In this document: positions 52,943 to 64,000 of the stretch, in pieces
How positions within the stretch are numbered: the first letter of the stretch is position 1
Layout of the letters: each line of letters starts with the position of its first letter
Source: Octopus sinensis
Taxonomy: Eukaryota
Reading direction: 5' to 3'
Length of the DNA stretch: 64,000 bases
Assembly (NCBI RefSeq): GCF_006345805.1
Contig: NC_043006.1
Location: 7,440,001 to 7,504,000, forward strand
Notes under the pieces: model-generated
Told to the model about the DNA's origin: nothing
The model's input: the letters and a program-made list of their open reading frames with translations, nothing else
The model's database searches: none
Made by a program: the position numbers and the translations under genes

Positions 52943-54116
52943 TTAAACATTATATATATTGAATTAGAAGTCAGATCTTCAGAACTTCATCATTTTTCTA
53001 AAAATGTCGGTGATATGAGACGATGTGGAAGTCTATAGAAAAAAATTGAATAATCCAGTGGGTTCAGGAAACGAGTGTTTTTTTTTTATTTCAAACTTAT
53101 TGAAAGAAATCTTTGAATAGAAATATGGTAAATATTAGAGTATAACGATCAAATGCTTCAGTATTATGTTTTAAGAATGCTAGAAAGAGAGTGTGAATTC
53201 TTAGTGGGTATAATCAAATATACGGCTGCAAATAGATTTAGGGAGATATCTAATGAATCAGCAACTCATTGTACACCCTATATATCATGTGTAATGTAAA
53301 TACAGTTAATGATAAAAGCTAAATCCTTGACATATAGTTGCCAAATGTTCCTGGCAATTACAAAACAAAGTGTTTACCTCTAGCGAATTTACCGCAATTG
53401 TTAAATTATTTATGGAAACTAGTCTAATGCTGTCATAGCTTAATTAAGCATACTATCATAATTTCACGAAGGAGGAGAATTATATTGCAGAGGTGCTAAC
53501 CTCTCCTGTCTGAATGACATTACTGATACAAGCAAATGTAATAGAAATGGAAAAGAAATTGTCTGCATTTGCGTATCACATCTCCTAAGGGGCATATTTA
53601 TTAGTTTAAAATATTAATCCATTTGTTCATCTCTATCAATTACCTTCGAATGAATATATTAGTTTCTATTTGGATTCAAGTGAAGTGAGTCACAGCGTTG
53701 TGACAGTTCACATCTTTCTCAGAAACAATATTGAAGCGAGAAATAGGAAATGTCTTCACCTGAAGATTGAATTGGTGAGCAACTAGATTTTTGGGGAATT
53801 TAGTTATTGTTTTATGTTGCTAAATGTTTGAATCTTTTTTTTAATTCACACACATTTGTCTGGGTATATTCAAGGCACGGATTTATCTCATTGCATACAG
53901 AAGACGCTCAAAAACCGCAGGCGAAGCTTCTACACGACGGTTCGACCTGTAATAAACGGCAGCCAAACCCGCATCATATTGACACCTACCGTCTTTATAA
54001 CAAAGACAAAAAAAAAAGGTAACGTACATCTAGATTACAATTCTATCGGAATTTTTAATATGAAAAAAAGAAAGAAAAGTTGCTGGGAATGCACATGACA
54101 TATAACTACAAAATAT

Positions 54117-54504
54117 TGGATTGGAAGCATTCCGTCGGATACGACGATGAGGGTTCCGGTTGATCCGAATCAACGGAACAGCCTGCTCGTGAAATTAACG
54201 TGTAAGTGGCTGAGCACTCCACAGACACGTGCACCCTTAACGTAGTTCTCGGGGTATTCAGCATGACACAGAGAGTGACAAGTCCGGCCCTTTGAAATAC
54301 AGGTACAACAGAAACAGGAAGTAAGAGTGAGAGAAAGTTGTGGTGAAAGAGTACAGCAGGGATCACCACCATCCCTGCCGGAGCCTCGTGGAGCTTTAGG
54401 TGTTTTCGCTCAATAAACACTCACAACGCCCGGTCTGGGAATCGAGACCGCGATCCTACGACCGCGAGCCCGCTGCCCTAGCCACTGGGCCATTGCGCCT
54501 CCAC
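54117..54504 (-). mobile_element. SINE family C, full length, 12-bp TSD
   Basis: TSD ACTACAAAATAT at 54105-54116 and 54505-54516. Confidence 0.93.
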
Positions 54505-55239
54505 ACTACAAAATATAACTTGAATTCGAAAACAGTGTGGTGCGTTTAATTTTGTACGTGCGCATGCTCATCAATTTCCTTTTCATATCAAACTGCAACG
54601 TAATCGCAATTTACTTTAGACGCTCTGAGAAGTTTTTGTAGAAAATTTGTTTTAAAAATATCCATTTTTCCGAAATTAATAAGAAAGCAAAATCGAGACT
54701 TGGAAAATTTCTGAAGCTTTTCACCCAACCTCTCAGAATATACTTTTCACAACAATCCAGATATAATCGGAATGTATACTATCTGAAGCGTACGTACTTG
54801 TAGAAAATTTCATTAAAAAAATCCATATTTCTACAAGTTACGAGGAAAGAAAAATCGACGGAGCACATTTGTACAGGCATGTCAAATTCTGTAACATAAG
54901 TAATGCTAAGATTTACATTGCTATCAAATATCTACATATCGACCTGCTTCACTTCACTTTAATTTTGTATGTAGCCAGAATTTCATTATCTAGCTGCATG
55001 TTATATATAAACAAACAATACATGTCTTTTGCTCAACAAAGAAAATAAATGCACAGGCCGTGACAGATCCATTATAATTGATGGTTGGGACAAACTAACT
55101 GAAGCAATAACAAACATAGTAGAGGTAAATATTAGTAAATGAATAAATACAGTCAGTGTAAATGCCTCTCCAAGTTACAAAAAAATAAACTGCTGTATAA
55201 GGATAAATTAGTATAACAAAGCAACATAAGAAATAGCGA

Positions 55240-56560
55240 TCACAACAAAATATACCTTGAATATCAATTGACTAAAGGGATTGATATACTCACTAGCAGT
55301 AGTAATATCTCCAGCGAAACTGGCCTTGATCCATCAAAGAATAAAGCCCAGCTAAACCCCAGACCCCAAAATGGACAGAGAATATAATGAACTATATTAA
55401 AAAAACAAAAGAAATACCTATCCCTTCCTTGTGAATTAGAGAAATTGGGGATCAGACATGAAATAGAAAGAAAAATGACTTATATAACCAAAAATATAAT
55501 ATAATAAAGAGGGCACTTTCGAAGTAATAGAAAAACTTAAGCGGGGCATAGCAGCAAAACCGGGAAGAAGAACCACAGGAAACCATTTTGAGAAGCAACC
55601 TTGATGCGAGAAATAGAATTGGTGCAATCAATACGCTAACTATATCTATGATGATCTGCAACTATCTAGAGAACACTCATGATTATATATGAACTTATCT
55701 GCAAGTATAAAAGCACTAAGAAACTGTACTCAGTATCAGAAGAACGGCATGGAACCAAAGATAATCGATGTTGAAGCACAACTAGGTGCAATAAAAGAAA
55801 ACAAAACGAATAATTAGTACAAGCCTAATCAAATGGAATCTTAGAGTTGCCTAATATATGGAAAAATAAGACATGACATGGTAAATACTCGACAAGAACC
55901 AGCGATCCTGATGTTGATGCATATATGACACAGCAATGGTTAACTGCATCTGGACTTACGTCAGAAACTAATGCCTTAATTACAGCAGCTCAGGATCCAT
56001 GCCGGCTCATAAGAAATTACCAAGCCACAAGAAATTACCCAGCGGCTGGTAGTGCTGATACTTCCAGCCACTTTTGTGGTAAAACCTGATCAACAACTTA
56101 CTTCCTCATCTTAGGCTGCCCTATGATAACCTCAAATGATTATACTAATCGCCATGACAAACTAGTTCAGTACCTGAACTGGAGCATATGCCTTCGTTTT
56201 GGACCTTCAAATGCGAAAAACTGGTGGGAGTATACGTCTGGCAAAGTAGTAGAAAATAAAGACATCACCATTATTTTGAACCTTATCATTCATACGGATT
56301 AAACTATTCAGGCCAATAAACAAGGTATTGAGAACATTTACGTAAATTAAAACATACGAGAACCTTGAAATAAAGGTCTCAAAAATAAGGGATCAAAAAT
56401 CAACAATAGTTCTTCTAATCAACGAGGCTTTGGGCGATAGTACCAAATGTTACTCTTAAATATTATGGTCAAATAACAGAAAACCTAATACTATTAGAAC
56501 CTACAACACATTTTTCTCATAGTTGTTGGTGACATCTTAAGAAAAACACTGTCAGCCGGC
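55240..56560 (+). pseudogene. Old R4/Dong-like element, C-terminal region
   Basis: Remnants NLDARNRIGAINT, WLTASGLTSETNALITAAQD, RHDKLVQYLNWSIC, YENLEIKVSKI...EALG. Confidence 0.72.
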
Positions 56561-56791
56561 AATTATTTGATGTTTTTTTAGAATTTTCGTATTTCCAAAT
56601 ATAGCAACAAACTACAATGGAATTTTGCTTATCAGTATTCGGTCTCCTTTCCTGACAATATATCCTTATTAAACATTAAAAAAAAAATAACATCCACAAT
56701 AAAACGTCCAACTTACTGTTAAGTGTGTCTCTGGATGAGCCTTAGAACAGCACGGAAAAAAACAGAAGGTAGCAACAACGAAAATAACAAT

Positions 56792-56971
56792 AGTTTCAAA
56801 GTTTGGCATAAGGCCAAAAGTTTTGAGAGGAGGGGATAAATCGATTACATCGACCTCGAAAGGATGAAAAGCAAAGTTAACCTCGGTGGAATTTGAACTC
56901 GAAACGTAGCGACAGGCGAAATACCGCTAAACATTTCGCCCGTCCTGCTAACGATTCTGCCAGCTCACCAG
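56792..56971 (-). mobile_element. SINE family B, internally deleted
   Basis: Head GGTGAGCTGGCAGAATCG, B-box-like GAGTTCAAATTCC, core remnants. Confidence 0.8.
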
Positions 56972-56984
56972 CATAGATAATAAT

Positions 56985-57198
56985 ACAACAACAACAACAA
57001 TAACAACAATAATAATAATAATGATAATAATAATAATAATAATTTCTACTATAGGCATAAGACCTGAAAGTTGGAGTAAGGAGAGTAGTCGATTCCATCG
57101 ACCCCAATACTGAACAGGTACTTATTTTATCGACCTCGAAAGAATGAAAGGTAAAGTCGACCCGGCGTGATAAAGATAATAAAAACAACAACAATAAC

Positions 57199-57256
<58 letters not shown>

Positions 57257-57283
57257 TAATAATTATAATAATAATAATAATCA
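56985..57283. repeat. (AAC/AAT)n microsatellite interrupted by a family B SINE fragment (57042-57167)
   Basis: Direct inspection. Confidence 0.9.
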
Positions 57284-57439
57284 ATAGGCAGCTGGACGTA
57301 TTCTTCGCTGCTCAGTCATGTCAGCAGCTGATGTCACAGAAATACTAATACAACCCAGCAGGACAACTAAAAAAATAACTCTAAAAGACTGGACTATCTA
57401 CAGCTTTCTGTGAGTATTTTCAATTTCCCTCAAAATATG

Positions 57440-59666
57440 TTAAGGGACTTATATATCTACAGGTTACTGGATCAAAAGATTTGGTTAATGTCATGTACGA
57501 ATAGCTGCGCAACTCAACACCTTGTTAAATGCCGACCAAGGAACACCAGAGTGACTGACATTACGTAGGACAGTGCTGTGCTTGAAAAACATCGAAAAAG
57601 GCAATACGGTAGACAATTACAGGCCGATATCCTGTTTGCCACTTATGTGGAAGTTATTGACTGGAATACTCGCAGAATCAACGTACGAACATCTGGAAAG
57701 AAATGGAGTTCTGCCATATGAGCAGAAGGGTTGCAAGCGTAAGTGCAGAAGTACCAAGGTTCAACTCCTGATAGACAAAACTGTACTTAGAGACTGCAAG
57801 AGGAGGAAAATTAGCTTAGCCATGTCATGGATCGACTATCGTAAGGCGTACAATATTATCCCACATTCTTAGATTATGGAGTGTATGAACCTATTTGGTA
57901 TTGCATCGAATGTTGAGCGATTGCTTGAAAAAAGTGTGGCAAATTGGAGGACGGACCTGACAGCATACGTAAGAAGTTTAGGGACAGTAGAAATTAGGAG
58001 CGGTATCTTCCAAGGTGAGTGCCTGTCCCCACTAATCTTTGTACTGTGTCATCACTAATACTGATCCTGAGGAAAGCAAAATCTGGGTATGTATTCAAAA
58101 GCCCCCATCAAAAAGTCAGCCATATCTTATTCATGTATGACCTCAAACTTTATGGTAAAGATGACGCCCAAGTCAGTTCCCTCGTTGATACGGTGTATAC
58201 CTTCAGTGCTGATAGCAGAATGGAGTTCAGACTGAGAAAGTGTGGTGTGTTAGTTTTGAACATAGGCAAAATCAAATATATGGACGGCCTATGTATACCG
58301 TCGGGGGTGGTTATGAAGCAGATAGAAGAGACGGGCTATAAGTACTTGGGGATTTTGGAAATGGATGTAGAAAGAATTGATGGAGAAAGAAATGACAGAA
58401 AAATTTAAGGTGGAGTACTTGCGCAGACTGAGACCGATACTAAAGTTGAAATTAAATGGATGGAATAAGATCAAAGCTATCAACACCTGGGCGGTTTCAC
58501 TCCTTAGAGATGGAGCAGGGGTAATCGCATGTACAGTAGACGAACTAAACAGCTAAGACAGAAAGCCAAGGAAGTTTCTAACTAGATATGTGTTACTCCA
58601 CCTAAAAACAGACACAGACAGACTGTATATACCAAGAAAAAAAGGGGGAAGAGGACTTTGTGGATGCGAACACAGCATTAGAGAAGAAGAAAACAACATA
58701 GCATGATATGTAAAAAATGTCACAGAACCGCTATTACAAGAAGTAGGAAGGTCAGGCTTGTGTAGGATGAATGATTGGAAAGATAAAGCACTATACAAGA
58801 AATTGAAAATGAATGAAACTGAAAATAGGTGGGTAAAGAAAAGAATGTATGGGCAATTTCATAGGGATGTTAAAGATAAGACAGACAGAGAAAAAAGATG
58901 GCTGTAGATGAGTGATAGTGATTTAAAACCGGAAATGGAGGCTCTAATCTGTGCTGCCCAAGAGCAAGCACTAAGTACAATCTACATAAAATACAGAATA
59001 GACAACACAGCAGAACTTGATGAGTGCAGAATCTGTGGACAAAACGGTGAAACCGTATGGCATATTACCAGTCAATGTACGCTACTAGCCCAGAAAGAAT
59101 ATAAGAGACACCACGACAATATAGCCATGCTTGCTACTGGACACTCTGCACCAAGTATGGACTTCACGGAACAAAAAATGGGTACGACCACAAACCTGAA
59201 GGCATCGTCGAAAATAGAAATGCAAAGATCCTATGGGATTTTATGATTTAGTGCGGCCATGAAATAGGGAATAGGAAGCCTGACATAGTCTTAATTGAGA
59301 AAGTAAAAAAAAACTATGCTGGTTCATAGATATCGCATGTCCAACTGTAAAAAGGTATGCGATAAGGAAGAAAGAAAAGTGGAGAGATATGGCAGGTTAG
59401 CTTGGGAAATTAAGCAGTTGTGGTTGATGAAAAAGGTAGCAGTAGTACCAATAATTGTCGGAGCCGTGGGAACAGTGAGCAAAAAACTTGATAAGTACGT
59501 GGAACAAATAGGGGTTGCAATAAGGTTGGAGCACTTGCAGAAAAGAAAACAGCACCGCTTGAATACTCCGGAAGTTGCTCGAAAAATAAGAGGTGGTTAC
59601 CTTAGTTCACTGGTAGTGAACAGCTGACACCGTAGTACATCACCAGCGTTAGAAGCTGTGCAAAGG
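57440..59666 (+). mobile_element. R4/Dong-like non-LTR retrotransposon (RT, CCHC zinc knuckle, restriction-like endonuclease), 5'-truncated and inactive
   Basis: [42 protein letters not shown] (catalytic DD mutated), CRICGQNGETVWHITSQC, RKPDIVL..DIACP, VVPIIVGAVG; multiple stops and frameshifts. Confidence 0.92.
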
Positions 59667-59965
59667 CAAGAGGAAGAAGAAGAAGGAGAAGAGAAGAAGA
59701 AGAAGAAGAAGAAGAAGAAGAAGAAGAAGAAGAAGAAGAAGAAGAATAAGGAAGCAAATAAAAGAAGAGTGCCATTGTTATCAAGTGAACGATATTTCCG
59801 CATCCAATGTACCTTCCACAGGTTCTTTATACCTACTGGAGTAGTTACAACAACAACAACAACAATAACAACAACAATTACAATAATAATAATAATAATA
59901 ATAATAATAACGATGATGATGATGACTACGACGACGCCGGCGGCGGCGGTGATGATGATGCCGCC
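59667..59965. repeat. (GAA)n and (AAC/AAT/GAT)n trinucleotide microsatellites
   Basis: Direct inspection. Confidence 0.92.
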
Positions 59966-61544
59966 TTAATGATATACATAATCCATTCTAATTTTGGCAC
60001 AAGCCTAGTAATTCTGAAGGGAATGGGAAATGATAACATCGACCCCATTGCTCCACTGACATTTAGTTTATCCACCTCCGAAATCATGAAAGACAATGTC
60101 AATAATAATAAAAATACTGTTGATATTAGTTTCCCAAAATTCTACTACTGACGCTGAAAAACTGCAAATATTACTGAACCGCTGTGATAGCTGATGCTGC
60201 TACTATAACTACTACTACTGTTACTACTTCTGATAATGATGATTATACTGATGATGATAACGATCTCAATAATACTGAATCTCTAACTAAACGAGCATAC
60301 GAGTTACTCCCGTTTTTCAGTTGTGTTTTATTGTTTGTAATACTACGGTAAAAAGCCGTCGATAGAAGGCTTTCACTGAATGAAATATACGACTACGTTA
60401 TAAAAATCTCCTCTTATATTCCGTTTTTTTTTTCTTACAACATTTTTCTCCCTGTTGTTTTTGAACTAGTCTCGTTAGAATCTTCTACTCGGTATTGATT
60501 TTCTTCTTGCAACAAATCAACGTATTATTCTTTAAAAAAAAGTGACATTGTTGAATATTTTATGAAGATGTTTCATTATTCGTTTTCCTTTTTATAGTGG
60601 AGGCCTACAGGAGAATCATTACGAAATTGAACGAATCGTGGTTCTTTGCTATCCAAGTATTTATAGTGTTCATCTTCAAATTCGTATTACAAAATGATTA
60701 TGTCAATTGTTATTGTTCTTGTGTATATCATTCTGTCTACAGATGTTCAGCAATTGAAAACTGTTAAAATGATAGGTCTATGAAAGCTGAATAGTTAAGT
60801 ATAAATATAAAACAGAAAGTGAACCTCTAAAGCATTTCGTTCAGTGAGATATCATTCCATTTGTTAAGCATCGTTTGTCATCTTGACGAATCACTACTGA
60901 CATCTTCCGTGTTATCTGTCTTCTAAACTATGCGAACTATCATGTTGATACATCATGTTTGATTAATAAACCTTACATGATCTTTTCGCGATCGAGTATT
61001 AAATTTTCCTTCAGAGAACTGTATTTTATTAATACTAACAATTCATTGGCAGACAGGCGAGAAGTCATTGAATACATAAAAAAAAAAAGATATCTTCAGT
61101 CAGAGAATCTTATATTATTTCTTAGTTATTGTTATTTCATATGATATGTGCATCGTTTTCCGTTTGTTCCTGTTCTTTCCCATTTGTTATTTCCTGACAG
61201 TGCTATGAGTTGAATACAACCTTGAATATCAAACATTGTTTCTCATTTATAACAACTTATTCAACCCATAAATTAAAGTCAAAACACACGTGCTGTTATC
61301 TGGGGAGTCTAATGTACACTCGAACATCCATTTGCTAAGAAAGAATTTATACATTGTCCAAAAACTCTCGGAAGTTTCATTGTTGAGTGGAGTAAAAGTG
61401 CACCTGAAATACTGCGCCCTGTGTGCAACAGTGTGTGAGAATTTTGTGGATGCTACAGAGTTCGGTTTAGGAATTCAAACTCTAGAAATTTTCTAGGTAT
61501 TTAATAAAAAGAAAAGAGAAAAACTGAGAAACTTGCCAATTATC

Positions 61545-61606
<62 letters not shown>

Positions 61607-61609
<3 letters not shown>

Positions 61610-61957
61610 TAGTTTTATTTTTATAGCGTGCTTTCACTTCACTACCGAGCGCAGCTCTGTGTGCCTTGGGTATGTGCTGTGATTTGTTGTGATGCACTGA
61701 TGGTTATTGTATGGAAAGTGTTCTGCGTAGGATGTGTGCAGTGCCTAGTAGTGCAATTTTCTGTATGTTATATGTGTTTGTAAGTCCTGGTGTTTTTGTT
61801 ATGTATTTATCTGAATATTGTTTTATCATGCCTAATGCACCTACTATGATAGGAATTGTTTCTGTTTTCAGATTCCACATTCTAGTTACCTCTATTTCCA
61901 GGTCTTTGTATTTTGAGAGTTTCTCCATTTCTTTTAGAGACACGTTGTCATCTACCG
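61607..61957 (-). mobile_element. 351-bp 3' end of an R4/Dong-like element flanked on both sides by (AAT)n
   Basis: KLSKYKDLEIEVTRMWNLKTETIPIIVGALG...IQKIALLGTAHILRRTL*; (TTA)n at 61545-61606 and 61958-62033. Confidence 0.9.
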
Positions 61958-61977
61958 TATTATTATCATTATTATTA

Positions 61978-62030
<53 letters not shown>

Positions 62031-62033
62031 GTT

Positions 62034-62203
62034 ATATATACGACGGGCTTTTTTCAATTTCTGTTTAGCAAATCCACTCACAAGTCTTTGGTTGGCCCGA
62101 GGCTATAGTAGAAGACATTTGCCCAAGGTGCCGTGCAGTGGGACTGAACTCAGAACCGTGTGGTTCGTAAGGAAGCTACCCTCCACACACCCACTCCTAC
62201 GCC
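62034..62203 (-). mobile_element. SINE family A, 5' half
   Basis: Reverse complement of family A head through GCCCGTCGTATAT. Confidence 0.85.
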
Positions 62204-62803
62204 TATATATGTGTGTGTGTGTGTGCGTGTGTGTGTGTGCGTTTGCGTGTGTGTGTGTGTATGTGTGTGTGTGTGGGTGTGTGTGTCTGATGTAACTTTA
62301 GAATTGTGTTTCTGAGTTTTGCAGTCTCTCAGTAAAAATTGTACATTGAAAAATGTCACGGCATAACATTCCGAAGAACTGAATTGTCGACATCTGCAGG
62401 AAAATGAATTTCACGTTTGCACAGGTTTTATGATTAAGCTAGTGCTTAGGATCGTGCACAGGGTAACACTGTCATCACTCTGCTAATTGGTTTTGTGGCT
62501 GCAGCAGGTCAGGAATTTATGGAGGAAGCTTCTAAGCCTTTAACGTTCTTCAGCGAACTGAGGCAGGAGTAATAAGAAATACATATTGTTAATTTTATGA
62601 TGATAAATAACGTCTATCGGGATTGATGTATTTTGAGATGTTGTGCATGAGAGCGACTGCTCATCGTGTGGGAAAATGTTTTCCCCAAGAAAGACGTTGT
62701 CAAATAAAGCACAAGGAAAATGATGCGACCTTGTATGTTAAGGCTACTGTTTCTTCTACTTCGGCTGATTCTTCCCAGTGCTTAAACTCGCCTTCTATGA
62801 ATA

Positions 62804-63109
62804 CTAGTAGTATCGCCCGGCGTTGCTCGGGTTTGTTTCGACCCTTGAGAATTGGAAATATTGGAAAGTAAAAATGTTGCATTATGTAGCTTGTTGTTCT
62901 CTTTAAGTGAACATTTTTCTGGTTGAAATACGCTGAAAAGCACCTTTTTGATGTAAATAATTTTGGGTGTTAACATGGTCCGATTTGAATTTTATCTTCT
63001 ACTCTCAATTTTGGTCAACTTGCGCCGCAGGGTCTCGGAGAAGATAGTGTTAGTTGTAGACGACCAAACCTGCCATACACAGACAACTTCTGCTTTATAT
63101 ATAGAGAGA
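62804..63109 (-). mobile_element. Non-autonomous Helitron, third body type
   Basis: A|TCTCTCTATATATAAAG start; CCCGAGCAACGCCGGG-CGATACTA-CTAG|T end. Confidence 0.8.
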
Positions 63110-64000
63110 TGAGGATAAATTAAAATAAAGGTTCATGTTCTATACGTTCAGCGAGTTCTGAAAATTATGTCTATGGGAAAGTTGCCTCAAAAACTTCAAT
63201 TACATATTCGACTTGTCTCTGTTTGTATTCGCTAGTTTTCTATGGATACTTATTGATAAAGGGATTGAAATTGTTTGTTCTAGTTTTCTAACAAAAACCG
63301 CATAAAGTAAATAATGATATATATAACTTGTCTATATCTGAGACTTATAAAACTAAGTGTAAATAAACCTCATTACCCAAGGAAATGGTGTAATAGTACG
63401 ATTTCCACAATTGTACAGTACGTCCTTTCTACACAATACTTAAAATTTACGTGTTGACTTTAACTTAAAATGCATATTACTATTACTCAACACCTGTATG
63501 TCTAACCCTACTAATTAGTATAACTTGTATCTTTTTATGTTTCTGAATTTCTATTTTGCTTAGTGGTTTTCTAATCTCAATCCGAACAGAGTTGATTTTG
63601 CTCGGCAATTCTACATTGCAAGACAGAGATGTAGTAATGATAACTAAAATTGGTTTATACCTTTAATCTGTGAAGTATTTAGTAGTACATCTTTTTATCA
63701 TAAATTAGTTATAGGATGTGCAAAAATGCACCGATCGACTTCCATTTATTTTACTAACAAATTATTAGTGTCAATTGTAAAGCGCCAATAATACAAGTTA
63801 ACTTGAAAATATGGCTCCCTGAGTTTGCGTCTAAATCAATATTTCCTATAGTTTATACATATTTGATTATATCTCATTCTTCACTTTCCATATATGTATG
63901 TAACCATAACTTTAGTATAGTATATCCTAACATTAAGAATACATAGTGGGATATCTTGAAAGCGAATGAATTCTTTTACTCTAGGCACAAGGCCCGAAAT

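Overview
AT-rich, microsatellite-saturated eukaryotic non-coding DNA. The repeat repertoire (tRNA-derived SINEs with internal TA/TG tracts, long (TA)n, (GATA)n and (AAT)n arrays) suggests an octopod cephalopod genome; this is inferred from repeat style and was not checked against a database. I cannot support any host protein-coding gene, rRNA, true tRNA or CRISPR array; most ORFs in the track are translations of microsatellites or SINEs. The window holds: (i) four tRNA-derived SINE families (my labels A-D), including chimeras and two composites in which a dimeric SINE sits at the same internal site of an older relative; (ii) five non-autonomous Helitrons (5' TC...hairpin-CTAG 3') with a shared 3' end and different bodies; (iii) a decayed, 3'-truncated Ty3/Gypsy element with 5' LTR and PBS; (iv) two mariner fragments; (v) RTE and CR1/L2-type LINE fragments; (vi) four decayed R4/Dong-type RLE non-LTR fragments, two of them flanked by AAT/AAG microsatellites; (vii) a near-identical ~2.15 kb tandem duplication bounded by (TA)n. 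The most interesting signal is a recurrent class of small fold-back (inverted-repeat) elements abutting (TA)n that carry type I hammerhead-ribozyme folds. The best case is a 511-bp element with perfect 34-bp terminal inverted repeats and a canonical CUGACGA/GAAA hammerhead core. All ribozyme folds were parsed by eye and are untested. Frequent single-base stutters inside (TA)n suggest long-read consensus errors, so small indels should be treated cautiously.
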